DNA of 64,000 bases from positions 1 through 64,000 of the forward strand of contig NMRA01000008.1 in assembly GCA_002633005.1 (NCBI GenBank). The letters run 5' to 3'. The position numbers and the translations under genes are program-made. The DNA comes from Phoronis australis. Its lineage: Eukaryota > Animalia > Phoronida. The notes beneath the pieces are model-generated. The model was given only the letters and a program-made list of their open reading frames with translations. It did not search any database and was not told the origin of the DNA. Each line of letters starts with the position of its first letter. Position 1 is the stretch's first letter. Shown here in pieces: positions 13,301-24,180 of the stretch.

Positions 13301-16300
13301 GAAATCCGCGTTTCCGCGGAAAATTCCAAGCCCTGAAAAGACTGTACATTTTAAAATGTATCAATATTAATACATGTACATCTGCATGAATTTTACAGCT
13401 GTGTTAGAATCTCAAATTAATATTATGTGAAATACTACCCAATGCTAACAAAATTAGACCAAAGTGAAAAACCTTTGGAATTGGTGAGCTTGTAAAACAA
13501 AGTTTCACATGCCTTCAAATGCCATATTGAAATAAACGTCAATAGATGGCAACAGAGTTCTTGTGGGGCAAATCTTCGGCACCATTCTTACATTCCACGT
13601 CACGCGAGTGAAGTGTTCAGACGATACTCCAAAATGTCCATTGATATAAAACAAATTATGCTTTGTCAATCACCTTCGTCAACTTGGCCTAACTTGTCCA
13701 ATGGCAAAAACATTCAACATTTGGACAGAGTGAATGCACTTTACCACCTCACTGCACCAGAGTTATGTGCCAAACGTCTGCTATCATACAACAAATCCCC
13801 ATTTCACTGTGTACATACCAAAGTGAGGTTAATCTCTATCAGCTGCGCCTTTCTCTTGTCTTCCTCCTGTTCATTCTGTAGTTGACTTACTCTCTTTTCG
13901 TGATCTTTCCGAACATTATCTAGTTTCTTCAGGGCAGACTTTTCCTAAAATCGCAACCGGAAGAATACTTTTAAGAATTCAAATTCTGCAAAAATTAGTT
14001 TTTTTAATACACTCCCTGTGATGCGTGTCAGTAAGTGCTGATGAAGATAGTCAAATGTTTCCCACTTCAACAAGGACTATCCATGCACATAGTTGATAGT
14101 CTTCAAATTCCACAATAAAACAAAGCTTGGAACTGATATGGCTGGTTAAAATGTAGACTTCACTTTAATCCTTACTCTTGAAGTGGCATTTCCTTACAAT
14201 GCAGTAACGTTGATAACAGTGAAACATCAGCCAACGCTTGTCCACTTAAGACAGCTTGAGAGGGATTAACAAAATTATCACAATTGGCAAGAGACACAGA
14301 ACACTGCTGCTTTTTAAAGACTTGACTGTTTAAAAATTCAACAGTTCAGGGTAGAGTGTCATCTCGGTAATGCAGCTGGTGTGATCATGTGCTTTGCTTG
14401 TAATACATGGCAAAATCTCAATACCTTGTGTTCTTGCGAGATTCTCGCCTCTACAAAAAGCACGCCAGGTTTGTAGCCAACTATTCTAAAGACGGAGGGT
14501 GGGACTTTACTCTCAACAAACCTGTTGTATGGCTTGTATATCAATCTTCTGACTTTCACGTTTAGAGAAGAACTCATCCACAGCATTGTTGAAAGTGTCA
14601 AACTCAACATAGGGCAGGTGTTCATGCTGACGAAAAAGTAATGGATTGAACTCATCATACCTGAAAGAGATCACTTGAAATGGGTGAAGAAAATAATCCA
14701 AGCACAGAACAGAATCCTTATTGTTGTAAAATAAAGTGCTCCATTCTTAAAGGTTAGCTATACGCATGTCAACATGTTCCGCAAATAATAACATGTCGTA
14801 TCATTATATTTACAAACATGTTGTTGATAACCAAGAGATTTTAATAACTCCACTGTCTGAAACAGATCTCATAAAAGTACTAGAAATAACTGAAGTATGT
14901 TGAAATCTTTACATCAGAAATATTTTCATTCAGAAGGAAAAATTAAGAGTTACATATTAATGCTTACGTGAGAAGTTCCTCTAATGCGCCCCCTACAATC
15001 TTTGCTTTTGATAATTTCTTTTGTATAATATAACCCTGAAATTAATATCAAACATTTCAGCCAAAATAATAAATGACGTTCACACTTGTCTAACTGTTTG
15101 TAGTCAGATTCTCAATTCCAAAAATTCAGCTGCGCTTAGAAGAAGTTGAAGACGAACGTCACGTCCATGAAAAGGCATATGAATGATGGTTTCATCACAG
15201 ACAGTGAATGAAACTTCTTCCATTTGCAATGTAACAGTAATATAGACAAAAGTTTTATCAATTTAAAGAGCAATAAAAGCATAATAAATACAGAAGAATA
15301 CACAAGGTGAAGATTGACAACCCTGAAATATACAAAAGGAAAGCCAATGCACATTACACTGTTAAATGTCCATGGTCTAATTGTTTAACTTTATATAAGC
15401 AAAATGAAGACAAAATAATACTAGTCACATCTGCATAAGTGTACTAACCTTGCATGGATGGCCCAATTTGCCAAACACGTCTTCTGCCTCAGTTAAAGCA
15501 CACATTAATTTTGGCAAGTCTATAATGCAAGATTTCTTGGAAGTTAAACGAAATGTATTTCTTCATCTTTGCCACACTTAAAGACCCAGCAAATATGAAC
15601 CAATCACAAGCTTGGAGGGAATCATAAACCATCAGTTACAAAACAAAAGCTGTATCTCAAAGTTAGGCAGCAGCTTGACAAGTACAGATCACATTTTCAA
15701 ACACAATAACTATTATTGGATTCTAAATAAACCACACCCACTAATTATATACATTTATTTGCAAATTTTCAAAAATTGACATATTTGCAATTTGAATTTT
15801 TAGTAGACACTTCAAACTAATGTTTGTTATAACCAAGAGTTGCACATACTCGTGTAAAAGAGATCAGTGCAAAAGGAATCAATTCAAGGAAGTCACAATT
15901 CATACAAAACGCAATTATATCCTACCCTTATAATTTACTTTAAAAAAATGGCCTAGTCATTAAAAAAAATACGTTTACTCATATTATTGACTTAAAAAAA
16001 TCTGGAAAACAGTCCACACTTTCAAAAAGTGTACATGAGTCACAAACCTTCGTAGTGATTAGGGTGTGAACAGTGGTGCGTTCTAGACTAAAAATGTTTG
16101 CAATAATGAAAAGTCATACCAAGTTTTCGCAAGATATCACGTGACTAAACTAGCCCTTCTTGTAAGTGACTTGGGTCTACAGAATGCAGATCAGGTACAC
16201 ACCGTTACTCATGCATTTTACCTACCAATGCTGACCAAAAGTGCAACACTTGAAACATTCAGATTTCATCAAATTCTTCCATATTTTTTCATCTTTTTGT

Positions 16301-19300
16301 TTGTACTTTTGATAGCGAGAGTGCGACCGTGTTTTCATCACCGTTTCACCACTACCCACCAAAATGAATTTAAAACCCTACCAAAACTCACCATCTTCGA
16401 CAGAAAACCCTTTTCCCACTGCCACGTTGGCTGTCAACCCAGCTCCTATAAGACAGTGCTCGATAAGGGGCGGGCCATAGCAGACATGACGAAGCAACAG
16501 TCGTTTTATGTTGTCGCCCTCTTGAGCTGTATCCAAGATGGCGCGAAGCCTATCCTCACTCATCAGGGGGTCCTGCTGTCTGGCAAGCTCCAACGGATAC
16601 TTCTCGTTGACGGCGAAACGAACTTCTTGGCTATCATCCGTGCGCGGGCGAAGGATGTTTAATATGTTGTGATCACAGTCAGTCAGAATGATATTACCCT
16701 GTGGAAAACAGCCCCACTTTGAATACAGGAAACAGAAGACTGAAATTATATCATTGCTTTGTTCTTTACTTAAAAAAGGATAAATGGTTCGGGTCAATTT
16801 TTTTTTTGAAAATTGATGTAACAATATTTCTAGTAGTCAATATCAATTTAAAAATACTTGGAAATTTCATTTGTCAAAGTACAGCATGATTATATCCTTT
16901 ACTGTACAATTAAACACCAGTTGGTATTTTGTTGCTATGTGTATCTAAGGTGACTTGTAAGCTCATACCCAGCTGGAGGGGTCAACTTTCATTAAGGCGT
17001 ATTTATATAACTGTACACTATGCACCTACGTCACTATAATAAAATAATACTTGCTTGTTTAACTGCCTGAGCCCACGTGGTGTTAACCTGGAGGTTGTTA
17101 GTGATTTGAGTGCCACTGCTTTTCTGCAGGCATTCAGAGCCAGAACTGTCTCTCGGAAAATGCATCTAACTTCAGGCATGCATCAAATGAAGTATAATCA
17201 TTATTACAGTTAGTTATTATTTTGCGTGCAATGGTATTAGTTTTTGGTATACTCCTGTGAAAAGGCCCTGGTGTTATGAAAAATGTGTTGTGGAAAATAT
17301 TTAATTTCTGTTCAGTAAATGCAAATGGTTGTGAAAGAAGTTCAAACTGTCTTAAATGACAGACCATTACCTTATGTATCAGGAGATCTGGATGATTTAC
17401 GCCCACTCTCTCTGTCAGCTTTGGTTTTGGGACATGGTATCATTTCTGTGTCGTATGCAGATGTCAATGAAGACAACAGTGATACTTATGGTGATATGAA
17501 CATTTTTCACAAGAGTGAAAATCGCAGGGCACGTCAACATGAACATTTTAGACGCCATTTTAGAGACAAATATCTCAGTGCTCTGCGTGAAAGACATTTG
17601 TGTCAGAAATCTAGTGCGTCTTCTAGTAGTGGTATTAAAGTCGACGATGCTGTTATTGTACACTATGATGGCCCTCAGGTCAACTGGAAATTAGGGCATG
17701 TCACAACGTTGTTAGTTGGTAGGGATAGTAATATTAGAGCAATTAGTCTTAAGATTGGTGGTCAGGACTCAACTCGAGCATTAAGAAGCTTATGTCCTCT
17801 TGAACTGTCAGTTTAGACTGGTCACATATTTTCACGGGGGAGGGGGCAGGGTGTTGATTGTTATATTGACCTTTGACCTTAGTCCTGTATTTGCATTTGT
17901 TTCTCCAATGCATTTTTTTTTGCTGTTACCTATATCGGTTGTGTTTGCTGTTCACCTCTCATTACAACTTCCACAGACAGATAGCTACGTGCCGAGCTGT
18001 TTCAAGTGAACCATAGCTAAGATGACAGCCAACGGCAAGGTGTGAAAATAGTACAATTGAATAGACAATTTAGATGCTAATTATTTTAATCGTCTCCTAT
18101 TGCATAAACTATCAGTTGGGCTACAGTTCACTTGATGTAGATAGCTCAGCTTGTAGCTGACCTTAACAGAGTCGTTTGCAGTATGGAAAGTGTGTAGGCT
18201 TAGTATGCATTTTACCCGATCATACAGTTCCAGAATAATATGGTAAGCAGCCCCGTTTGACCCAAACTGAAGGTCCACTATTCTGTCCACACCCAGCTGT
18301 TCTACAGACTCCAAGCGCCTGGTCCGTAGATGTTTACGCAACTGTAAATAAAAACATGAACATTAACACCTTCAAGTTCTTTATCAATGGAAATTGACAA
18401 AAAATCACAATAAGAACTTTTCAAATAAAAACAAGTTTTGTTGGCAAGGGAAATCTTATTGATTCCCTAACTGAAGCGGAATGTCTTTTGAGGAGTTACT
18501 TCACTTGTAAAACTGAATAACACTATGTTAGGATAATATTCCAAGGTTTTCCTTTCAAAAGTAACATAACCTTGACAACACATAGTTTCACTATAAAATA
18601 CCTTCATACTGAAGCCTGATGGAAAAGTGTTCTTAGGCCAGTCGAACTGTGATAGATGAATTTTGGTGCCTGACTCCAAAACAATCATGATTTTCTCGTC
18701 AGGCCTAAAAAGAAAAGACATAACATTGAAGAGAACAAGCATTTGTCAAAGACCAAATTGTTCACTGCCATCTCAGGATATACGCAGTTTTAAGGCAACT
18801 TAATGTGATAACGGATTTCTTATGTAAAGCCAGATTTAATATATTTGTTACTTCCAACATATCTAACAAGAGCAACGCAGAGCGTTGAAATGCGCCCACA
18901 ATTGCACCGCATACGGTATCCTTCTAGGGTTGTTTATTGGTACCATAAAGTGGCCAGTAGAGGGCATATATGTAGTATGTTGTACTTTGCAAAATGGAAA
19001 GGCATGGTCCTTGTCTCCTCAATAGGCTTAGGGCAAAATGTGAGTAATCTTCATAATACAAGCACATCCTATACACCAGTTGCTTAAAGCACCACAGAAA
19101 CATAGAATTAAAAACAAATTTACCAACATACGAGATTAGCACAGCATTAGAATGCCAGAAACAAATTTCTACTTGGAACTTTTCCTTCATAGTCACGAAG
19201 TAACACAAAGTATACACCTGAAGACCTATGAAAATACAGAGGTCAATGTAAAATACTAAAATTGCCACTAGAGGCAAATACTAAAATTGCCACTAGAGGC

Positions 19301-22300
19301 ATACCGGTAATCAGAATCATCCTAAAGTCGTCATCGTCCGTTGTCAACATCACATAAATACACTTGCTAAATTTAGTAAAGATCCTGCAAACGGTTTGGG
19401 AGATACAGCCATGGGCGCAAAAAAACAAAACTGCCACTAGGAGGCGCCACAGTAGTCCAAATCGTCTGAAAATCATTGTCAGCTGTCTTCCTTATAGTAA
19501 GCACATACACGCCAATTTTCACAATCATCCTTTGAGCGGTTTGGTTGATAGAGGGGTGGACGCAAAAATACAGACTCGAAAACAGTAAAAATGGCCACTA
19601 GGTGGCGCAAACTATGTCGAATCCATCTGAAAACGGCAGGATAGCGTCATCTCACTACTAGGTGCCTACATACCAAATTTCATGAAAATCCGTTCAGGAC
19701 TTTTGAAGATACAAAGGTAAGCGTAAAAAAATTAAATTGCCACTAGGGGGCACACCGGTAGTCGGATCCGTCCGAAAGTTCGCACATGCCGTCCCATTCA
19801 TGAATGGAACATATGTGCCAAATTTCATGAACGTATGTCAAAGGGTTTTGGAGATAGAGCAGCGGACGCCGGATTGACGCCGCCCGGACGGACGGACGGA
19901 CAGAGATGATGGCATAATATGTCCACATATAAATATGTGGGCGCATAAAAATGATCACTCACATTTCTCAAAATTTTGCTTCAAAAATGAACTTTTATAC
20001 AGTGCGTAACATGGTTGTAGTTTGAAAACAAGGTCATGGTCGCCAAATTCAACTGGTGCAAGGAGATGACAGATCTACATCTCAGCGCAACATACGGTAA
20101 GAACAAAATGAAAACCATCCTTCCTAAGGTATCGCGCCAACATTTTCTTAGCAGAAATGTGGAAAACGAGGTCAAAATCGTCAAATTCGCTCTGGATATT
20201 AATCGTGACGAGTACGGATGATCAGTGCCACCAGCAGAAGCATGTCACATGGTACAGTTGATGTAATACTTACTTGGCTAACTTAATGATGTATGTCTTA
20301 TTGTCAATGTCATACACATTAGCCACACGAAGCCCAAGACAGCTGAAATATAACCGATAATATACTGTACATCAGTGTACTTTTATGAGGATATTGACAA
20401 TCAGTATACAATGAGCATAATTACGAGCGAACGATTTCGGTCGTTAAGTATGAGCGAAGTCTTGGTCATAATTACGAGCATAATAGTGGGCGCCACTTTC
20501 GCCTGAACAGTCCACGATATCAAAGGGAACACCGCTGTCTACTGCCAGTTGAGATGAAGGCACTGTTTAGAGTAGAGTAGAAGTCTAGACTAGAGCCTAT
20601 GATAGGGTGAGCAAACCCTATTACAAATTTCATAAGAAACACTTGAAAAGAGTATTAAATGATAGCTTTGGACATGCCGTTTATACAACTTTTTGAATTT
20701 TTCAAATCGGTTTAGCGGTTCTCGAGTTATTTGAATTGTAGAGCCTCAAAAATGGCCTTTTTTTCAGCAAACGCCACCCAGAAATTTCAGGCCACAGAAA
20801 ATGGCAAGTTTAGACAACTATATTTGGGAATCCATAGCTCACAGTTTTCTTAAAACAAGATGGAGAGTCCTTTGCAAGTAGGTTAACAACATGGCATAGA
20901 CACCAAACCACAAATTATTATATTTTGCATGAACAAGAACAACAAAAATTGAAAAATTCATCATCGACTTGTGACATGACATTTTTGCCCCTGAAGCTAT
21001 GTTGAACAAGTGATGTTTTAAAAAGAGAGCAACTTATTACCGTGAAAATGACAAAACACTTCAAGAATTACTATGGTTTAGGGAACATGTTTCTTTTGCT
21101 CCAAAAGATTTTGAAATAATTCTAACAAATGAAATTTGCATAACAAATGAATTCAAAATGAGCAAAAACTAGAAAACTAACCTTTTTCAGAGTATTTCGT
21201 TATTTATTTAAAAACCCGTGAGGTTATGTAAATCAAGTTGCACACCAAATGACAAAATATGATAATATGCATTTTTAATAAACAAAATTAAATTGGACCC
21301 TAAAATTTCAACGAATTTCAAATCAATTTCATTCCTGTCAAATAATATAGAAACTCAGAGGTGTTGTGTTGGCGACTATCCAAAAAGAGCATATTTGTAT
21401 TCTAAAATGTTTTGATGCACTGCAGTGTTGACTGAACATTTATTTTGGTGAAATGTGTAATTTTCTAAAAATGAAACAGATCTCAGCGCCCCCACGAGGT
21501 GGTAAAAGTGTAACAAAAAATATTTTTGTTTGAAGAAAATAGACAAAAATGACTCTATCCCCAAAATTGAAGTAAATTAAATTTTAAAAGTATTTTATAT
21601 TATTTTAATGAAAATATTTTACCAGGTTCGGGCCACTTTTTGTAATTTAGAGAAGTTTTGACTGGTTCTGTTGAATACATTTGACCAATCAGGTTCGAGT
21701 TTAGTTTGAACCCTGGAAAGGTCAACTTGTTTCTAGAAAAATGACTGAAGTTACCTTTTTAGAAGTGTTCCTAAATGAAAATGGTGAGATAAAGTGAAAA
21801 AAATTGATCAGGAATGGATTAGGATATGATAAGTGATTATGACATTAAGTGTACACTTTCAGGATTTTTAAAGGTGAGAGAGCAGCGAGGCAGTAAATTA
21901 AAAAAGTACATTTTCTCATATTTTTGTCAAAAAAAATAAAAAGTGTACACTCAGGGTTGAAAGCAGAATTTTGTAGCAAACAGTTTGATATAAATATCAT
22001 TAAAATCGGTTCAGTAACAACCATTTAACAGTTGAAAGTTTGACACCTACTGAAAGTCACAAGAATTTACCAGTGAGTGAAAAATTTGAGGTGCTCGCTT
22101 TACTTCAATTTTTAAAAATACTCATTCATGCCCAAATTTTTGAAATGGATATCAGTAGAAAGAAGAAAAATTAAATATTTCACTGGCATACTTTTCACTT
22201 TCCACCACTTAGTATGTTAATAGATATGAGCTTGTGAAAATCATGAAAAATGGCAAAATTTCGCTCTTCTGAATTTCCGCCATATTGGCATATTGCCATA

Positions 22301-22454
22301 TTGATTGAAATGAAAGCTGGAAATTGAAAACCAACACAGAATATCAGTCACTGCATAGTATAATAACTTTTCCTCGAGTATTTATGTATCCTTACCCATT
22401 TCGAAGTTCATGAACAGCAACCCTGATATCTACAGTGTTAAATCTACTATTCAT
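1284..22454 (-). CDS. NEMF: NEMF / Rqc2 ribosome quality control subunit, 20 coding exons, 3' end missing
   Basis: Exons (minus strand): 22454-22396, 20342-20274, 18704-18602, 18341-18216, 16698-16392, 15519-15449, 15035-14968, 14660-14522, 13944-13819, 12663-12503, 12025-11921, 9500-9437, 6019-5931, 5551-5448, 5167-4992, 4427-4311, 3895-3420, 2415-2305, 1769-1586, 1361-1284. All are GT-AG with consistent phases (2733 nt, 911 codons). Motifs: NFACT-N ([26 protein letters not shown]), NFACT-R ([48 protein letters not shown]) and [13 protein letters not shown]. The NFACT-C exons are absent. Confidence 0.96.
1586..1769 (-). CDS. NEMF: NEMF exon 19 (contains polyQ)
   Basis: [10 protein letters not shown]...[17 protein letters not shown]. 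Confidence 0.88.
2305..2415 (-). CDS. NEMF: NEMF exon 18
   Basis: [36 protein letters not shown](R), phase 2/2. Confidence 0.85.
3420..3895 (-). CDS. NEMF: NEMF exon 17 (acidic low-complexity linker)
   Basis: [16 protein letters not shown]...[15 protein letters not shown](K). Confidence 0.92.
4311..4427 (-). CDS. NEMF: NEMF exon 16
   Basis: [39 protein letters not shown]. Confidence 0.95.
4992..5167 (-). CDS. NEMF: NEMF exon 15
   Basis: [58 protein letters not shown]. Confidence 0.95.
5448..5551 (-). CDS. NEMF: NEMF exon 14
   Basis: [34 protein letters not shown](G). Confidence 0.95.
5931..6019 (-). CDS. NEMF: NEMF exon 13
   Basis: [29 protein letters not shown](W). Confidence 0.92.
6865..8107 (-). 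mobile_element. DINE-1/HINE-like non-autonomous Helentron, family 1, copy A (spans N gap 7195-7757)
   Basis: Nearly identical to 18865-19951 on both sides of the gap; subterminal IR ATGCGCCCACA/TGTGGGCGCAT, (GGAC)n tract, terminal hairpins. Confidence 0.8.
8946..9012 (+). other. Degenerate tRNA-like Pol III head (SINE or tRNA pseudogene)
   Basis: A box TGGTGTAGTGG (8953-8963) and B box GTTCGAGTC (8997-9005) at tRNA spacing; acceptor and anticodon stems not intact. Confidence 0.45.
9362..9419. repeat. Perfect 29-bp tandem duplication
   Basis: tggcttggaaactaatagaagccctagtg x2. Confidence 0.9.
9437..9500 (-). CDS. NEMF: NEMF exon 12
   Basis: [21 protein letters not shown]. Confidence 0.9.
10076..11866 (+). 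mobile_element. HINE-like family 2 (palindromic 5' end, internal repeats with AAGATGGCGG and ACTTCCGG), contains N at 10470
   Basis: tacttggcgaaa-tttaaa-tttcgccaagta hairpin, TTTG tract, recurring ttaatt(t/c)cgccaagtgtcgctc; diverged homolog at 57729-58250; 3' boundary approximate. Confidence 0.6.
11921..12025 (-). CDS. NEMF: NEMF exon 11
   Basis: [34 protein letters not shown](K). Confidence 0.9.
12503..12663 (-). CDS. NEMF: NEMF exon 10
   Basis: [53 protein letters not shown](G). Confidence 0.94.
12849..13335. mobile_element. hAT-like MITE
   Basis: Perfect 13-bp TIR CAGGGCTTGGAAT/ATTCCAAGCCCTG, flanked on both sides by AAAAGA; internal gcggaaa repeats. Confidence 0.75.
13819..13944 (-). 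CDS. NEMF: NEMF exon 9
   Basis: [42 protein letters not shown] (coiled coil). Confidence 0.93.
14522..14660 (-). CDS. NEMF: NEMF exon 8
   Basis: [46 protein letters not shown]. Confidence 0.94.
14968..15035 (-). CDS. NEMF: NEMF exon 7
   Basis: [22 protein letters not shown](T). Confidence 0.88.
15449..15519 (-). CDS. NEMF: NEMF exon 6
   Basis: (D)[23 protein letters not shown], phase-compatible with neighbours. Confidence 0.85.
16392..16698 (-). CDS. NEMF: NEMF exon 5
   Basis: [20 protein letters not shown]...[14 protein letters not shown]...VED. Confidence 0.94.
17129..18010 (+). mobile_element. BEL/Pao LTR retrotransposon remnant (integrase C-terminus plus DUF5641-type domain, PPT, start of 3' LTR)
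   Basis: ORF 17319-17816 [19 protein letters not shown]...YL..LRERH..WKLGHV..L.GRD..IR....R.L..LCPLE; purine tract 17836-17851 followed by TGTTG; outer boundaries approximate. Confidence 0.82.
18216..18341 (-). CDS. NEMF: NEMF exon 4
   Basis: [42 protein letters not shown]. Confidence 0.95.
18602..18704 (-). CDS. NEMF: NEMF exon 3
   Basis: [34 protein letters not shown]. Confidence 0.93.
18865..19951 (-). mobile_element. DINE-1/HINE-like non-autonomous Helentron, family 1, copy B (complete)
   Basis: In element orientation: T-run, 5' subTIR with stem-loop, (CCGT)n microsatellite, ~145-165 bp internal repeats, 3' subTIR, CAACGC-TCT-GCGTTG hairpin, CTCTTGTT end. This is the DINE-1/HINE layout. 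Confidence 0.82.
20274..20342 (-). CDS. NEMF: NEMF exon 2
   Basis: [22 protein letters not shown](K), AG/GT flanks. Confidence 0.93.
20590..22304 (-). mobile_element. Non-autonomous Helitron in NEMF intron 1
   Basis: Minus-strand 3' end: hairpin ATAGGGT-N6-ACCCTAT (20602-20621) 12 nt before CTAG (20593-20590) followed by host T; candidate A|TC 5' end at 22304 is uncertain; no ORF. Confidence 0.55.
22396..22454 (-). CDS. NEMF: NEMF coding exon 1
   Basis: ATG at 22454, [19 protein letters not shown](G), gtaagg donor. Confidence 0.9.
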
Positions 22455-23897
22455 TTCTTAATTCCTTAACACATTCGTGAAGCGAAACCTTGTGAAATCT
22501 GTTGAACGCAATTTGTGCGCTAACAATAATATTTGATTAAATATCTGTCGTCGTGAGACAGCGTTGTACATTATAGTTGTCATATATGTTATTCTTTAGC
22601 TAAATGCAGACCCTTCCACTGAGTTTAAACGGATTTTGATCCTCATATAAGCACCGATACTCCTTGGTACGATTCTTATTTATTTTCAAAACTATTAATA
22701 TGAACAAGTACATGTGTCATTGTAGTTGCACACAATCAAATCGCTAAGTGTATTCGTGGAGATAGAGCCAGAGAGGCTCAATGAGATTGAGTGAGTCACA
22801 AAGTGTTCTTTCAGGTTTTTCAAATTTATCCAAAACTGCAAGTCTTCTTGTAAATTTAATTTCCACATTCACTGTGAAAATTCTCAATTATTCAATTGAT
22901 TTAATCTACGATAACTTTAATCTAAGTAATCTGGTCGTCACCTCAAAAATGATTCAACTTTCAAGTCAAGACGGGTCTTCTTCAGTTCTTGACTTGGGTC
23001 GGGACCTGGGTTGGCTGACTAACGCGTACTTGTATGGTGAACAGTACCACAGTCTCAACTGGTGGTCAGTCCATAAGGTCACCATATGACAAGCTTTTTG
23101 GCTAATTATGTCTCACACTGATTCAACCGTTAAAGTCGTGTTATAAGTGACCTTAAAGTTTTAGTTTTTTGCGCATAGAGGAACAACTTGCTTGAGGAGA
23201 CCATTGAGGCCTTTAATTCTTCCCAGGCCGAACAAATTTCGCAATGTAACTTTTTTGGAATGGTCATTTGTTGAGTTGCCAAATCAGCAAGTGGCCATTT
23301 TTATATTGCTCGCGCCAGGGGATTATGACGCCATGTCCCCCAGATGGTATCTCATTTTCGAACAAGGAAATTTTAGTGAAGATTGTCTTTAAAATGAACA
23401 ATACTAAAATCTGTTTATAATGTAGCAATGTTACTATGTAACGATGTTACAATCAGTATTGATAATGTACCCAAAATTTATCGGATGTCATAATGGGCAT
23501 GATTGCAATACGTTATACATGCGGCATATTGTGCAGAGCCTTAGAAATCGAGTTCTGTTGGCAGTAATGACATTTGTAGACATGTTTCCAACAGTAAACG
23601 ACTAATTCATTTGAGGTACCACTACTACGACATTGCCTATGGACAATTGTACTTTGGTCGTCTGGTTAGAATGCCTGACATTGAAGCAACAGGTATTGTG
23701 TTCAAAACTTGGACTTGGATTTTGTTCTGCAATATGGTACTTCTTTTTGCAATATGAAAGCATGTCTTTGCCACACATTTCGTCAAATTAACGTGTATAC
23801 TTTCAATGTGATGGTTTCTATTGTAGGATTGCAAGGAAATGTCCAACACGAATACATCAGTGGGGTCAACAATGTAAACCATTTATGCAGTGTTGAG

Positions 23898-24180
23898 ATG
23901 CAAACCAAGTTTAGCCCGACCATGTATGATATGTCTCAATTGTTTACCAAACGTGTCCTAGTTGGGATCATAGTCTTTCAGCAGTTCGTTATCATCTACT
24001 TGCTGTGGAACACTAACTGTCAACATTACCCCACATATTATCCGGCCATCAGTGGTGACAATTACTCACACAAACCTATGAAACATGATGGAAGTAAGGA
24101 CCTCATGTATGGTGTGATGTTTGACGCTGGTAGTACTGGAAGCCGTGTTCATATCTACCAATTCTCGCACAATCAGCAAG
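23898..24180 (+). CDS. ENTPD5: ENTPD5/6 coding exon 1 (copy A)
   Basis: tgcag acceptor at 23890, ATG 23898, TM segment, ACR1 DAGSTGSR, gtttgt donor; start codon choice uncertain (23898/23922/23931). Confidence 0.85.

Noticed and set aside
16141-16662. 173-aa + strand ORF
   Set aside because: Antisense to NEMF exon 5; no recognisable domain
22951-22990. Minus-strand CTGAAGA...GAAA resembling a hammerhead
   Set aside because: Stem II does not abut GAAA, and no stem I/III or NUH geometry
23176-23190. AGAGGAACAACT similar to part of U5 snRNA
   Set aside because: Invariant U5 loop I (GCCTTTTAC) and Sm site are absent
23709-23897. Upstream extension of the ENTPD ORF in the track
   Set aside because: Begins at TTG and lies 5' of a good acceptor at 23890; intronic
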